Below, piece after piece: positions 1 to 13,563 of a stretch of 64,000 nucleotides of DNA. This DNA comes from Eledone cirrhosa (Eukaryota). How positions within the stretch are numbered: position 1 is the first letter of the stretch; each line of letters starts with the position of its first letter. The notes under the pieces are model-generated. The model worked only from the letters and a program-made list of their open reading frames with translations. It made no database searches and was not told the DNA's origin. The translations under genes and the position numbers were made by a program. The DNA lies in the NCBI GenBank assembly GCA_964016885.1, contig OZ024755.1, forward strand, positions 5,642,001 to 5,706,000, in the 5' to 3' direction.

Positions 1-899
1 GGTCAGAGCGATGTTTCGGCTGACCCCCCCCGTGGACAAACTAGCAAAGCTATTTCCACGGACAATGGCCAACAACACACACTGTAACAGCCAAATAGTT
101 TAAAAAATATTAAATATTTACTTTTAATCGTTGCTACGCAGCTCATTCGCAATCGATTTACGCTCGGGTCCCAAATAATGTGGTGGTGTGCAATAAGAGG
201 GGTGGGGTGGAATAAGAGGGGTGGATATTTGCTTAAATTCTTATAAGCGTGGCTGGGTTGGAAATCGATAATTGTATAGTGTCCGTTCGAAAATATGGAA
301 TTTCTTGTAATGTCCTCTTTTTGTCATATATAATGTTTTTTCTAATGTAAAACAAAATTATTATTAGATTCTACAGCTGTACACCTGTCAACTTTTCCCG
401 CCCGTGGAGAGATACCGGACCCACTTTGAGCTGGGTGAGAGATGTGTTCTCTTGTGATATAGCTTTCATTATGTAAAATCTCCCCATTTTGTCTCATTTC
501 TCCCCGTTTTGGGGCGCTTTTTTTCATAGAACTCCCCGTGTTATATGTTACTTTTAGCAGACTTAGTAGTTCAAACGCCAAATCTATAACCAGCCTCCAC
601 CAGCTCCTTCGTGAGGCTTATGATTTGTAAGAGGATTATTAGCTATGATTTTACTTGCATTCTGGCTGAGAACTGTGCATAAGATTTCTAGTTAAATTTT
701 TTTTGTAGTTTTTAATGTTGAGACCTTATGTTGCTTAAGTAGGCATAGCGTACATTTACGATACTAGGAAATGCGCACTTATGAGGGATATGAACTACTT
801 TATTATATTTGTGAACTTGTTTATTCCGTATTACATGTAAAATCATAATTTTTATGTTTCCTTCTTTAATTAATCTTGTTGAAATTGGTTCTACAATGT

Positions 900-1360
900 T
901 TGTTATCATTGACACCACTTTTTCTTAATGCGTTAGTATAATATGTGTAATTTTGCATTTATTAGATATATACTTGCCAGATGATATATTGGAAATATCT
1001 CTACTGATATTATCGATAATGTGTTTAATTGTAGGTGGATAGCTAGGTACTTTATCAAGGTATATAGTTTCTTCATTCGGTTCATGACACAGGTAGTATT
1101 AAAATATATTTTGGTGTAATGTTATATCGATTTTCCGCTTAGCGTTTATTGAATGTTTTAGATTAGCTGTCTGAATATACTAATGGACGTTTTTTTTTCC
1201 TACGTCTATCCATGTTTTATTAATTCATGTTATGGGAAACGGCGAAACCATCATCTCGATATAGACCGATGTTTGCATCATTTCTTATGATTCTCAGCGT
1301 ATGTAGTAAAACTAGTCCGACATGATCTTGTATTTCCGAACCATCGTAAAGATATATAGA
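900..1360 (-). pseudogene. Decayed Penelope-like element (PLE) reverse transcriptase fragment
   Basis: The minus strand reads YDGSEIQDHVGLVLLHTL...NIGLYRDDGFAV (PLE-type YRDD catalytic motif). After a frame break it reads KIDITL...HEPNEETIYLDKVPSYPPTIKHIIDNISRDISNISS, resembling the PLE RT thumb (KPN..YI...SNHPP...I..RIS). Stops and frameshifts are present. Confidence 0.8.
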
Positions 1361-1620
1361 GAAGTTTGTTTCCGTGATTGTTGATGATTGATTAACACGT
1401 GCCCTATTTCGTTCGATATTTTCATCCACTTTGCACCTATACCTGATGACCCAGCTGTTGTCCCTTTCTTTATTTCGTCATAATCACAATATTTTCACCT
1501 GATGTTGCTATAGCTTTTCATCTGTTATGGTTACTATTTGAAAACCTGTGTAGTGTATACGCAGAAGCTCCCCAGTTATAGCAAATAACCTAAGCTAATT
1601 AAGTATATATAAGTGTGTCT

Positions 1621-1655
<35 letters not shown>

Positions 1656-1818
1656 TACATTTACAAACACACACACATACTATATATATATATAGAGAGA
1701 GAGATAAAGAAGCGCAAACACGCGATGTTTTTTTAAGTATTTCCTTTCAAGTATTTTATCAACTCTACACCTCTCTCTCTCTCTCACTCTCTCTCTCTCT
1801 CACTCTCTCTCTCTCTCA

Positions 1819-1906
<88 letters not shown>

Positions 1907-2653
1907 GTGTGTATGTATAATGAGTGAATGTATGTATACATGTTTCACTGTTTATAATTGTATACATGTATGAAAATAGGTCATATAGTTATATATGTGT
2001 ATGACTATATAGCTGTACGTTTGCGTGTGCGTGTGTGTGTTTGTGTGTGTGTGTGTGTATTTGTTTGTATGAACATTCCCTTCAAGATGGAAAATCTTAG
2101 TTCTATACATGAACTTGTGTTAATTGCCAACTTTGCTCTGCTGTGTGAATATTGATTGTTTGGTATTTCATTGTTACTTGTTCAGCTTGTTTCATAGCAG
2201 CTGTCAGGAACAATTCCACATTCATTAATCTATCTATAGTTGGAGATAACCAACCATAACATGACGGTGGCATCTTGTATTTGGAAATAATTCTTCTACG
2301 GGGAAGCAACCACTAGACAAAGCACGAACACTCCATATTTTCAAGTATTTCGTTTCGAGTAATATTTTTACACTTATCATATATTGGGATTCCATATACG
2401 GAAATACAATAAAATAATATTTATAAGAAATTATATTTGTCTGAAAATGACTGAGTGATATTTATAAGAAAACAAAATTATCGTTTCTTTAATGGCTGAC
2501 TTTGTTAAGACAGAAAAAGAAATAATAATCTATTAATAGCTTATTGGTGTATTTCTAGAAGTTGGAGTTGAAAAAAAAAATACATATATACATATTTGGA
2601 ATCTAATAACAATATATATAGAAAGAAAAATAAATACTTCCTGTTTATATGAT

Positions 2654-3103
2654 GGTTTCTTTCTAATTCAGACACAAGGCCCGCAATATTAAGGGGTGTG
2701 GTGGGGGAGTGTTGATTATATCGAACCCAGCCAGTGGTACCTTGTTTTATCGACCTCTGAAGGATGAAAAACAGAGTTGATATTGACAGAATTTGAATTC
2801 AGAAAGAGAAGAGCAAAAGCCGGAACAAATACTGGTTTCTGATTTAGGCACAGGGCCAACAATTTTGGGGTAGGGGGGAAATTGATTGAATCGACTCCAG
2901 TGTATTACTGGTACTTTATTTTATCGACCCTGTAAGGATGAAAAGCAAAGCTAACCTCGACAGGATTTGATCTCAGACAGTAAAAGACCGTAACTCTATT
3001 CTGCAAAGAATAGTGTCCGACGCTCTACCGATACTGCCAATTCACCGCCCTTTGCCGGAACAAGTACTGCAAAGCCTTTTGTTAGACGTTCTATCAATTC
3101 TGC
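2654..3103 (-). mobile_element. Old tRNA-derived SINE (family S1) with a younger S1 copy (2834-3050) nested inside
   Basis: Both copies carry the S1 core rc(gcctttcatccttacggggtcgataaaataaagtaccag). A target-site duplication gccggaacaa(a/g)tactg occurs at 2819-2834 and 3054-3069. Confidence 0.85.
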
Positions 3104-3184
3104 CTATATTCCTGTTTATATCATGCAAATAGTTTTCCTCTGTGTACTTTAGATTGTATATCTAAAGTCTAAAATCTGTCTTAA

Positions 3185-3446
3185 GCCAGAAGGCCCATTT
3201 GACCGGTGCTTACCCTGGTTTCATAGCATGAAGCGACTGAGTGCACAAGACTCTCCCCTGGACAGGACGCCAGTCCATCGCAAGGTTGAACCACCAGTTA
3301 TTTCTGGTACTCATTTTCAGCTGAGTACACTGGAGCAACGTGAAATGAAGTGTTTTGCTCAAGAACACAACACACAGCCCAGGAATCGAACCCACGACAT
3401 TATGATCGTACGTCCACCACCTCTTACCACTGGGCCACGTGCCGCC
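3185..3446 (-). mobile_element. tRNA-derived SINE family S2
   Basis: The minus strand has an A box (tggcccagtgg), a B box (ggttcgattcc) and the core ttgagcaaaacacttcatttcacgttgctccagt, shared with the copies at 4518, 31690 and 44131. Confidence 0.85.
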
Positions 3447-4317
3447 ACAGGTTGTATATAGTGACAAATAATTGAATTGTGTGTCTAGAACTGAAATAGT
3501 ATCTGGTCCCTACAGAAAGCTTAGTGTTCATGATGCAGTATATTGATGTTATTTAACGTCTGCTATAAATGTGTGGTCATCACTAATATTTCATCTGAGA
3601 CGAGAGACCTGTCATTTTTGTAAAGAATGTTAAAGATTTAGGCGCCTATTTTTCATAAACTTAATGCATCTACGTGAATATCTGGGCGTTTTCAGATGCT
3701 AATGGTACTGCTCGTGTGTTAACGCCTGCTGTTTCGGTTTTGTTTGTTTCTTCAGTATCAAGACAAGCGTTAACAGAAGATTAAAACAAAAATGTTAACA
3801 GTGCTAGTATTAATAAGTTTTCTCTTCGCTACGAAGATATATAATGATACGAAGACTGATGCTGTTGACAGACAAGACAGCTATCTAGATAGAGAGGGGT
3901 GTATGTTAAGGGGATAAAGATCAAGAACGTGTGTTGCTAGATGAGTAGATAGATATATAAAATATATAGAGAGATATCTGAGACGTGGGTTGATCGTTAA
4001 GTAGTGAGAGAGGTTGAGAAATAATTATTAGACGGACAAAAGAATATAGACAAAATAACACTCATTTATATGAAGGATAAATACCGACAAATAAAATAAA
4101 ATAAGGTAAAGGAAATTATTCAAATGTGCCAGTGTCATAAATTCACATAAATACTGATGTCATTTTCTGTTCGTTAATCGATATATCACCTCAAGCAATC
4201 CACTTATCCAACACGCCCCCTCTATATATGTCTCTCTCTCACACACACACACACACCCACTCACACATATATATATATATATGGGGTTGTAAAGTCAGGT
4301 TACTATAGATTCACCCA

Positions 4318-4364
<47 letters not shown>

Positions 4365-4366
<2 letters not shown>

Positions 4367-4460
4367 TAAAGACTCTTTTCCTATGCCCACTCTACTACCC
4401 AAAGTATTGAGTACTCTGGTGCGTTATGGTCCACCTGATTCCTTACCACACTTCCTTCGT
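4365..4460 (+). mobile_element. TA-embedded fold-back element family A, shortest copy
   Basis: It shares the ~80-nt tail ccactctactacccaaagtattgagtactctggtgcgttatggtccacc..ccttaccacacttccttcgt with five other copies. It has a 10-bp fold-back taggtaaaga/tcttttccta and (TA)n on both sides. Confidence 0.85.
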
Positions 4461-4517
4461 TATATATATATAACAGAATTCCGAAGCGAATGTATTTGTA
4501 GTACTGTCATCAGTGAT

Positions 4518-4792
4518 GGAGGTTCGTGGCCTAGTGGTAAGGGTGTCTGACTTACGATCATAATGTCGTGGGTTCGATTCCTCGGCTAGTGTACGTGTAG
4601 TGTTCTTGAGCAAAACATTTCACTTCACGTTGCTCCAGTATACTCAATTGGAAAAAAAAGTGAGTACCAGCAATAGCTTGGGGTTTAACCCTACGATGGT
4701 CTAGCTTCTTCTCCAGGGGAGTCTTGTATTCTCAATCGCTTCACACCACGGGAAACCGAGATAAGTATTGACCTGATTAGCCTCCCAACTTG
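4518..4792 (+). mobile_element. SINE family S2
   Basis: A box tggcctagtgg, B box ggttcgattcc and the S2 core are present. Confidence 0.85.
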
Positions 4793-5520
4793 AAGACAGA
4801 AAGTACTTTTGTATCTCTGACATCTAAAATGTCTAAAGTCTAAGCCACTCTGTCTGTTTTTATCAAAGTATGCTACAACCCAATAACCTTATATGGGGTC
4901 AAAATCAGAATTAGAACCTTATATTTAGCAGACTATCAAACATTGAGAATATCTTGTCAGTGGCATTGTATTTTGTCCAAGGTGGAAGCACTTAACTACC
5001 AGACAGCCTAATACATCTACATGAAAATAAAGCAACGCAGCGTGGTAACAACTAATATGTATTGACAGTAACTATAAAATTGGCAAGCGATTCGTATCTT
5101 GAAGTGCTAAGTTGGACTGGCCGTCTCTTATGGTTATAACTTAGAGAAAGAGAGATAGGCTTTTTCAAGCTAACTTGAATGCAATACATCCCATTGTCTT
5201 GATGTTGTTTAGCCCTAGGTAACTTCTGACCAAGGAAGCCTATTTTTCGATATAGGTTTTTCCAATGATAATCAACCCGTCATTTTAGAAGTTTTCTAAT
5301 TCTAAACTACATTATTCAATATGTCCATTTTTTATTTAACCCTTTTGTTATCAAATTCTTAATGAAATATTCTGTCTGTTGATATGACCACAATATAATT
5401 ACTGAAGCTACGAAAAGAGTTAGTTAATAAGAGAATAATTTATTACATCTTGACGGTATATAGCGGTGTTAATCAGCGTGACTAGCTGAAGTATGATATA
5501 ATAGCTAACGATTAAGAATA

Positions 5521-5711
5521 ACTGTTTCTACTTTTGGCACAAGGCCAGCAATTATCCCAGTGTATTACTGGTACTTTATTTTATCGACCCCGCAAGGATG
5601 AAAGGCAAAGTTAGCCTTGGCGGGATTTGAACTCAGACCATAAATGGCCGTAACTCTTTGCTGAAAAGCATGGCGTCAGACCCTCTACCGATACTGCCAA
5701 TCCACCGCCCT
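5521..5711 (-). mobile_element. SINE family S1 with 13-bp TSD
   Basis: Full S1 copy with TSD acgattaagaata at 5508-5520 and 5715-5727. Confidence 0.9.
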
Positions 5712-5772
5712 ATTACGATTAAGAATAGTAAACAGTATATGCAGCTAAGTCTACAATTTAAGATCTTATATA

Positions 5773-5903
5773 CAGGGTGCGGCAAAAGTGACACCCTCTT
5801 TAAATCTATTTATTGATCGACAATAATTTCCTTTAAACTACTGTAATTTATTTTCGTTCAATAAAAGTTAAATAAGAAAAGGTTATTACCTTTGCCACAC
5901 CCT

Positions 5904-5904
<1 letters not shown>
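5773..5904. mobile_element. Tc1/mariner-type MITE
   Basis: Imperfect terminal inverted repeats cagggtgcggcaaaagt ... acctttgccacacccta, with TA at the left end. Confidence 0.6.
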
Positions 5905-5940
<36 letters not shown>

Positions 5941-6050
5941 CACAAGTGGAAGTTTAATAAAATCGAAGTTTTGGGTGTGGCCAAGCTAACGATATATAAT
6001 TTGGAATGTACAGCAAAGCACTCGATAAGGTTGAAGGCCTTAGAGTAATA

Positions 6051-6240
6051 ACTGTTTCTAATTTTGGCACAAGGCCAGCAATTACCCAGTACATTACTGG
6101 TACATTATTTTATCGACCCCCGTAATGATGAAAGGCAAAGTTAACCTCGGCGGGATTTGAACTCAGATCATAAAGGGACGTAACTCTATGCTTCAAAGCA
6201 TGGTGTCCGACTCTCTACCGATACTGCCAATTCACCGCCC
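6051..6240 (-). mobile_element. SINE family S1 with TSD
   Basis: Full S1 copy with ccttagagtaataac on both sides (from 6038 and from 6239). Confidence 0.9.
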
Positions 6241-7120
6241 TTAGAGTAATAACATACGTTAGATAGCTTGACAAATTGAAAATTGCGGCAGGTAAGCCTA
6301 CCCATATAATACCAAATCAAAGAAAATACTAATCAGGTTATATATATATATATATATATATAGATAGATAGATATACACAGACACACTAGATGCTGGTTC
6401 TGAGGAAAACCTAAAACTCCATCTTTAGCTTACCTTACAGTTTCATTGATTTCACGAGACCAGGTGGTACTAGTTACTGTTTAGATATTTCCACTAGCTG
6501 AACATGGAGAGTGGGGGGAGGGGGGAGAAAGCGAGAGGAGAGAGAGGATGCTGAGACAGAGGGGAGAGAGAGAGCTAGGGGGGAGAGAGAGAGGGAAGAA
6601 GGAAGATATTCGATGCCAACGATAAGGTTTCCTATAGGGTACTAAATGTAATTATACAGTTTCAAATTTATTCATTCGATACCCTCTTTCCTGATGTAAT
6701 ACCAACAACGGCATCAACAACAATAACAACCAAATAACAAACTAACTAAATATATGAATAGCTAAATAAATAAATGAGCTATTTTAATTAACATAATTAC
6801 ATCTAATTATAAACACTTTCATTCGTGCAAGATGGCCGACTCGTATCAGTAAATGTATCGTTAATTGTTCATCTATTCTTCTATTAATGTGTGATCTGGT
6901 CTGTCAGATGGTAAATCTATGGTGTTCTCTAAGCTACACTGCATTAACTGATAGCCAGGCCAGTAGGACGTAATCTACTAATAAACAGAACATATATGAC
7001 TGTCGGCTATAGACTAACTAACCTTAAAACTAACCTGGAGTCGCTAATTTCTAATCTAATTTAAACTAAATAGAGCTCTTAGTGTGATCCTTAACTCTCT
7101 CCACATATATATGTGTGGTG

Positions 7121-7173
<53 letters not shown>

Positions 7174-7203
7174 AGATCAAAAGATGGTTAAAAGAGTTCC
7201 AAG

Positions 7204-7274
7204 TATTTTATTATGCGCATTTCAAAAAGAAATATCATCATGGGATGATATTTGCGTTCTCATCAGATAAAATA
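7204..7274 (-). ncRNA. Minimal type I hammerhead ribozyme
   Basis: Minus strand: UAUUUUAU-CUGAUGA-gaacgcAAAUAUCAUC ccau GAUGAUAUUUcuuuuu-GAAA-U GCGC AUA-AUAAAAUA. This gives an 8-bp stem I, a 10-bp hairpin in stem II and a palindromic stem III (AUGCGCAU). It lies in a ~140-bp insert between TA tracts. Confidence 0.8.
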
Positions 7275-7351
7275 AGGGGACATCATATGAAGCTTAAAAA
7301 ACATATATATATATATATATATACCTACACACACACACACATATCTATCTA

Positions 7352-7600
7352 TCTAGGGTGGGTAAAATTCCCGAGATCCATGGACGAGTTCTCTCCAGCG
7401 GTCTCTGTCCCTCATTATCGCTGCCATGTCCTGCGTCTCCAACAGACCAGTGTCTGTCCCTAGGGCATCAACATACGTTAACCTTGGTCTTCCTCTTCCA
7501 GTGTGTCCATGTAGGGGCTCCCACAGGAGCACTGAGTGCAATGTCAACTCTGGATGTCGATGAGCATGTCCAGCTAACCTCAGTCTCTTCTGTGTCACTT
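7352..7600 (-). mobile_element. RTE-clade LINE 3' fragment
   Basis: The ORF end RLRLAGHAHRHPE..LLWEPLHG..RGRPRLTYVDAL..DTG..MRDRDRWRELV is the typical RTE-type C-terminus. It is 5'-truncated, and a second copy lies at 29845-30111. Confidence 0.9.
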
Positions 7601-7614
7601 TATATATATATATA

Positions 7615-7804
7615 GTAATTGTTTCTAGTTTAGGCACAAGGCCAGCAATTACCCAGTGCATTACTGGTACTTTATTTTATCGACCCCGTAAGGATGAAAG
7701 GCAAAGTCAACCTCGGCGGGATTTGAACTCAGATCATAAAGGGACGTAACTATGCTAGAAAGAATGGCGTCCGACCCTCTACCGATACTACCAATACACC
7801 GCCC
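7615..7804 (-). mobile_element. SINE family S1
   Basis: Full S1 consensus match. Confidence 0.9.
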
Positions 7805-7819
7805 TTTATATATATATAT

Positions 7820-7954
7820 AGTAATGATAGTAAATATGAAGACTAAAATCCGAAGAGTGATCGATAAGGATAATATATATATAAAAATATATTTAAAAAA
7901 CCGTAAAGCAAACCGTAGACGATTCTTTGCTTAAACTCTAATCTGTTATTTTAA
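7820..7954 (-). mobile_element. TA-embedded fold-back element family C
   Basis: Homologous to 41927-42085 and 60781-60950 (gactaaaatcc.aagag..ctcgataaggataa and gattctttgcttaaactttaatctgttattttaa). It is flanked by (TA)n. Confidence 0.8.
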
Positions 7955-8381
<427 letters not shown>

Positions 8382-8385
<4 letters not shown>

Positions 8386-8445
8386 ATACTTGGGGAGGGT
8401 CATATTTGTGTAATATTGCCAGAATTAATAACAGAACACACTCAC
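8382..8445. mobile_element. Dispersed repeat family D terminus adjacent to (TA)n
   Basis: tgttatacttggggagggtcatatt..taatattgccagaa.taataa.agaacacactcac also occurs at 42149-42215. Confidence 0.7.
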
Positions 8446-9679
8446 TGTTTGCTTGGTTTTCGCTTTTCGCTTCTGTGTCTTTTATATCGGTAATCTAATT
8501 TATATATCAGCGTATCTCTTGTATATAACTCTCATACTCAACATAATTTGAGGGCATCTATTTCGCCTCAACTATTTCTGGTAGCATCATACAAGTTCAA
8601 TAAAATACTAACATCTATTTACAAAGCTAAATTTGTTTTCCATTTTGAATTATTCTGCATCGTTTGATCCCTTCACCTCTACATATGACATGGACACTCA
8701 CTCTCTTTTGATACCTCTCTCTAAATCAAATTCAATCTTTACCTGATGTTCATCACATCTACCTGGTTTCGATCTATCATTCCTGCCTTATCAAGGTGAC
8801 CCATCTCCCTATACAATGACGCACAACAATCCCTGCCGCCCCCCATCAAATTATTGGTATATTAAGCATACAAGTTCTTTCGGAGTTTCACGAGTTTTAC
8901 GCTGGATATTTTTGGCAGGAAATATGCTTACTCTTGAGCCATATGAAAAGGTTAAGTTTCTCCACGTGTTTTAGACAACCACATTATACAGCCATAGAAT
9001 GCTGCGTGGCTATTTAGCAGCTGTACTGGAGCTAGACAAGTGAATAATACCACTGCTTTCATCACCTACAGAAAGTCACCCATTTTCAACAACTGGTAAA
9101 TATTTATTCCCATCGTCGGGCCTGCAGTAAGACCAGTAGGAAAGAAGAAATATGTCTTCGTGTACTAGACCGCCTGCAAGTTCTCTAACTTACCAAATTT
9201 AAGTTCGGAATTCTGGTGTCTTGCCAGGATTTCTCTTGTAACTTTGTAGAATCTTCCTACCTGCCAAGTTGTAAATAGTATCCACATAGATGAAACCAGC
9301 AGATTTGATGTCCGTTTTGTTTTCAGATTCATGCTGTACAATATACAACAATAAACACAACTCTCACGCTCTCCTCCATTCCACCTATAGGGTAACTAGT
9401 TCCGACACTGTTCTTTCTATATTATCCTGAGTAAGTTCGTAGTCTCTATTCTAACCATGGCTTTCAAAGTTGTACTCCATGTAAGGACATATCTCAAATC
9501 CTGGAAACATGTGGCAATGTCTCCTTCTCGGTAAATAGCAACATAATTTCCACAGAAGCAGCCCAGCCAGAGAGTTGCATTTTTCTTTAAAACCAAACAA
9601 TAACAACATCACCAACAGCAACGAGAGCGGTATAAAGTCTAATCCAGGTTTCTCATCTATTATAGATACTAATTTACGC

Positions 9680-9958
9680 AATGATTTCTACTTTTGGCAC
9701 AAGGCCAGCAATTACTCAGTACATTACTGGTACTTTATTAATGATTTCTATTATAGGCACAAGGTCAGACATGTTGGGGGAGGAGAAAGTCGATTAAATT
9801 GACCCCGGTGCATTACTGGTACTTTATTTCATCGACCCTGTAAGGATGAAAGGCAAAGTTAACCTCGGCGGGATTTGAACCCAGAACGTAAAGGGCTGTA
9901 AGTCTACGCCACAAATCATGGTGTCCGACGCTCTACTGATTCTGCCAACCCATCACCC
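9680..9958 (-). mobile_element. SINE family S1 with duplicated tail
   Basis: S1 copy at 9741-9958 plus an extra tail segment at 9680-9740. An imperfect flanking duplication tataga..ctaattta.g.aatg is present. Confidence 0.85.
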
Positions 9959-11063
9959 ATTATAGAAGCTAATTTAAGTAATGTAACAGTACAAAGAAAA
10001 CTTAACACCACTGAGATAAATTCCTTATTATTTCTTAAATCAGAACATTTAGAACAAAGGTCGTAATTAGATAGTGGTTTCCATGGAGGCGCTAAGTTTT
10101 TCTGAAAGTGGAGAGAGTCATGTTACTGGCATGGAACTAATTTTAAGTGGCGTCCACTTGACTTTGTTGCAGAATGTTTGTCTGAGATGATATCTACTAT
10201 ATAAATTTGAAGTGGTCAGACGTTGTATGTGTAGGTGTAGTCGGATAAACGTCGAAACAGCTTGGTGGAATGCAGCGAAAATTTACACAGGCATGCAGAA
10301 TGACCCGAGGAGGCGTTGGGTCGACTTTCAAGCTACAAGCTTCCATAGTTACGGAGAAAATCGATGAAACAGGAATTTCCCATTCAAATTGAACTGAGAG
10401 TAATCTGTGAACGCAGAAGTAAATATTTCGAGAAACGTTCCGACCGAACGAAAACAGGAAGACGATATTTTGGTTCGTGAAGACGTTCTCTGGCAATGAA
10501 CGGAAAAAAAGCGAGGATAATATGTCGTTATGTGGAGAAGAACAATTTCATGCAAAGACAAGACCAAGTTAATGGTGTAAATGGAGTCGTTAGACTAATA
10601 TTCTATTTAAAATAACCGAATGATTTCCAGCCCCGGAGTTTAAGAATGATGTAAATAAAATTGAAAACGAAAATGATAGAGGTTATTAAAATAGTAAAAG
10701 TAAATAGTGAAGATGTAAGCCAGTACATACGTATGCCCCGACAGACATACACATACATACGCACACACAAACACACACACACACAATAGCGCGCGCGTAT
10801 GTATAAACCTTATGCATTTCTACAGTATTTTCACCAAACTTAAGACATAGGTTACTTATGTACTCCGGATGGTCTTGGGCACTTTCATTTTTTCCAGATA
10901 TTGATTATAGGGCCTCCCGGCAGATAACCCCCTTTAACCACTTCCTTGGAGTCGACTGAAGCACTGCAGTCCAATGCAACAAAACGTCATAACTTCTGGA
11001 GTTCGCAACCGATTTTCACAAAACTTAACACATGGGCTACGTTTGTCCTACAGATGTGTATAG

Positions 11064-11222
11064 ATCCCGAGTTAAATCGGGGATGATCATAGTAAATAAC
11101 GAACTCAATATATTAGTAGAGTGTAAACATCATCATTTCATATAGAAATAGCTTCTATAGGACTAGAACTGTTTCATATCCGAATGAAACAGTTCTAGTC
11201 CTGTAGAAGCTATTTCTATATT
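11064..11222 (-). mobile_element. TA-associated fold-back element family B
   Basis: Near-perfect palindrome at 11141-11220 (tatagaaatagcttctataggactagaactgtttcat / atgaaacagttctagtcctgtagaagctatttctata). The tail is shared with the copies at 41703 and 43093. Confidence 0.85.
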
Positions 11223-11235
11223 CAATAACACACAC

Positions 11236-11267
<32 letters not shown>

Positions 11268-11268
<1 letters not shown>

Positions 11269-11370
11269 GTGGTGTGTCCCAAAAAATTGTTTATACACTT
11301 TGATTACCTGTACGCGCAATATTTATTAGGATGCTGTTGAAGAGTGTATACATTTTTGGGGAATACCCTG
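11268..11370. mobile_element. Tc1/mariner-type MITE, same family as 32980-33082 and 48274-48350
   Basis: Degenerate TIRs ggtgtgtcccaaaaaattgt / acatttttggggaataccctg. The internal aatatttattaggatgctgttgaag is shared in reverse with the 32980 copy. Confidence 0.7.
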
Positions 11371-11901
11371 TGTGTATATATATATTATTACATATATATA
11401 CATATTTCTTCTATATACTGTACTGATTGTGTTTACATTTTATACACACAGACACAAACACACTATATATATATATATACATACATACACACACACACAC
11501 ATGATTAGGTTGCTGGTGTATAAGAAAGTGACAAGGTAGGGAATGAGTTGTAGAAATCCAGTGAAATAAATCATGTAAAAGATTGGAATAACAGAGAAAG
11601 AAGATAAACTGGAAGAAACAAGAGGGAGGAAGGGGTGAACGTATTGGTTACAAGTAGTATTGGAATGGTAGGGATCTCCGTCGGTATCGACGACGTTCCA
11701 GGTTTTGAATTCGAATAAGAAAACGATCTGTTGTTGAGATTATCGTCTGCTTTACGACAATCCACCATCTTTGATAATCTAATATCGGAAAAAAAGGAAA
11801 GTAAAGAAGAAGGCGAAGTTGAAGAAGAAGGGGAAGAGTTCTTTTCAGCGTGATTTAAAGCTCGTATCATAGATTTATAGAACAGAATGCAGTAATACAT
11901 T

Positions 11902-11906
11902 TAGTG

Positions 11907-11941
<35 letters not shown>

Positions 11942-12163
11942 GGTAGTAGTAGTAGTGGTGGTAGTCGTAGCGGTGTTGGTAGTAGTAGTAGTGATAGTAG
12001 TGGTAGTAGTAGTGGTGGTGGTCGTAGCGGTGTTGGTAGTAGTAGTAGTGATAGTAGTGGTAGTAGTAGTAGTGATAGTAGTAGTAGCAGATGTATTAGT
12101 GGTAATAGTCGTAGTAGTAGTAGTAATAGTAGATGTAGTAGTGGTAATAGTAGTAGTAGTAGT

Positions 12164-12201
<38 letters not shown>

Positions 12202-13199
12202 TGGCAGCAGCAGCAGTAGTAGTAGCAGGAGCAGCAGTACTAGTAGTAGCAGTAATAATGGCAGCAAAAGCAGCAGCAGTAGTAGTAGTAGTAGTGACAG
12301 CAGCAGTAGTAATAGTAGAAATAGTGGCAACAGTAGTAGTGGCAGCAGAAGCAGTAGTAGTGGCAGCAGCAGCAGTAGTAGTGGCAGCAGCAGCAGTAGT
12401 AGTGGCAGCAGTAGTAATAGATGACAACAATGTAACACGAGAGAACTGGTAGTTACATGTTATCAAGATTGTTGCTGACAATACAAGCTTTATTACTTTA
12501 CTTCTTATTGTTGCTACTGTTGCTGTTGTTACTGTTGTTGTTGTTACTGTTGCTGTTGTTACTGTTGCTGTTGTTGTTGCTGTTGTTACTGTTGTTGTTG
12601 TTACTGTTGCTGTTGTTGTTGCTGTTGTTGTTGCTGTTGCTGTTGTTGTTGTTACTGTTGCTGTTGTTGTTGTTGTTGTTGCTGTTGTTACTGTTGTTAT
12701 TGTTGTTGTTACTGTTGTTGCTGTTGGTGTTACTGCTGTTGTTACTGTTGTTGTTGTTGTTGTTACTGCTGTTGGTGTTACTGTTGTTGTTGTTACTGCT
12801 GTTGGTGTTACTGTTGTTGTTGTTGTTGCTGTTATTACTGTTGTTGTTACTGCTGCTGCTACTGCAGTTGCTGCTGCATCTTCCGCCGGTATTGTCGTTC
12901 GTTGCATCAGTTTATATAGAGGCATCTTATTCCTGTTGCTGAAATTGCTGCTGCTGCTGTTTACGACACTGTTGCTGAAATTGCTGCTGCTGCTGTTTAC
13001 GACACTGTTGCTGAAATTGCTGCTGCTGCTGTTGTCAATCGCTGCATCTGTCTCCAAAGATGTTCCCTGGGGCTGCTGCTGCTGCTACTATTGCTGCTGC
13101 TGCGACATCAGTTATTGTTCGTTGCATTGCATCTCTCTCCAAAGATGTATCTTGAGGCTGTTGTTGTTACTACCGTTGCTGCTACTACTGCTGCTGTTA

Positions 13200-13249
<50 letters not shown>

Positions 13250-13532
13250 GTTACTACCACTACTACTACTGCTGTTACTACTACTACTGTTACTACCACT
13301 ACTACTACTGCTGCTGTTACTACCACTAAAACTACTACTACTACTACTGCTAATGTTACCAGTACAACTACTACTGCTGCTACTACTACCACTACTGCCA
13401 GTACTACTACCACTACTACTACTACTACTACTACTGCCACTACTACTACCACTACTACTACTGCCACTACTACTACCACTACTACTACTGCCACTACTAC
13501 TACCACTACTACTACTGCCACTACTACTACTG

Positions 13533-13563
<31 letters not shown>

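Noticed and set aside
1-95. Minus-strand cagccGAAAC with a ccgtgga/tccacgg hairpin as a possible hammerhead
   Set aside because: There is no CUGANGA at the required position, and the motif is cut by the window edge.
3380-3446. tRNA genes at A/B-box motifs
   Set aside because: All such motifs are heads of multi-copy SINEs and do not fold into complete cloverleaves.
10197-11900. Unique-looking ORFs 10197-10496 and 11571-11900 as protein-coding exons
   Set aside because: There is no recognisable protein motif or clear splice boundary. They could be UTR or non-coding sequence, but this is unsupported.
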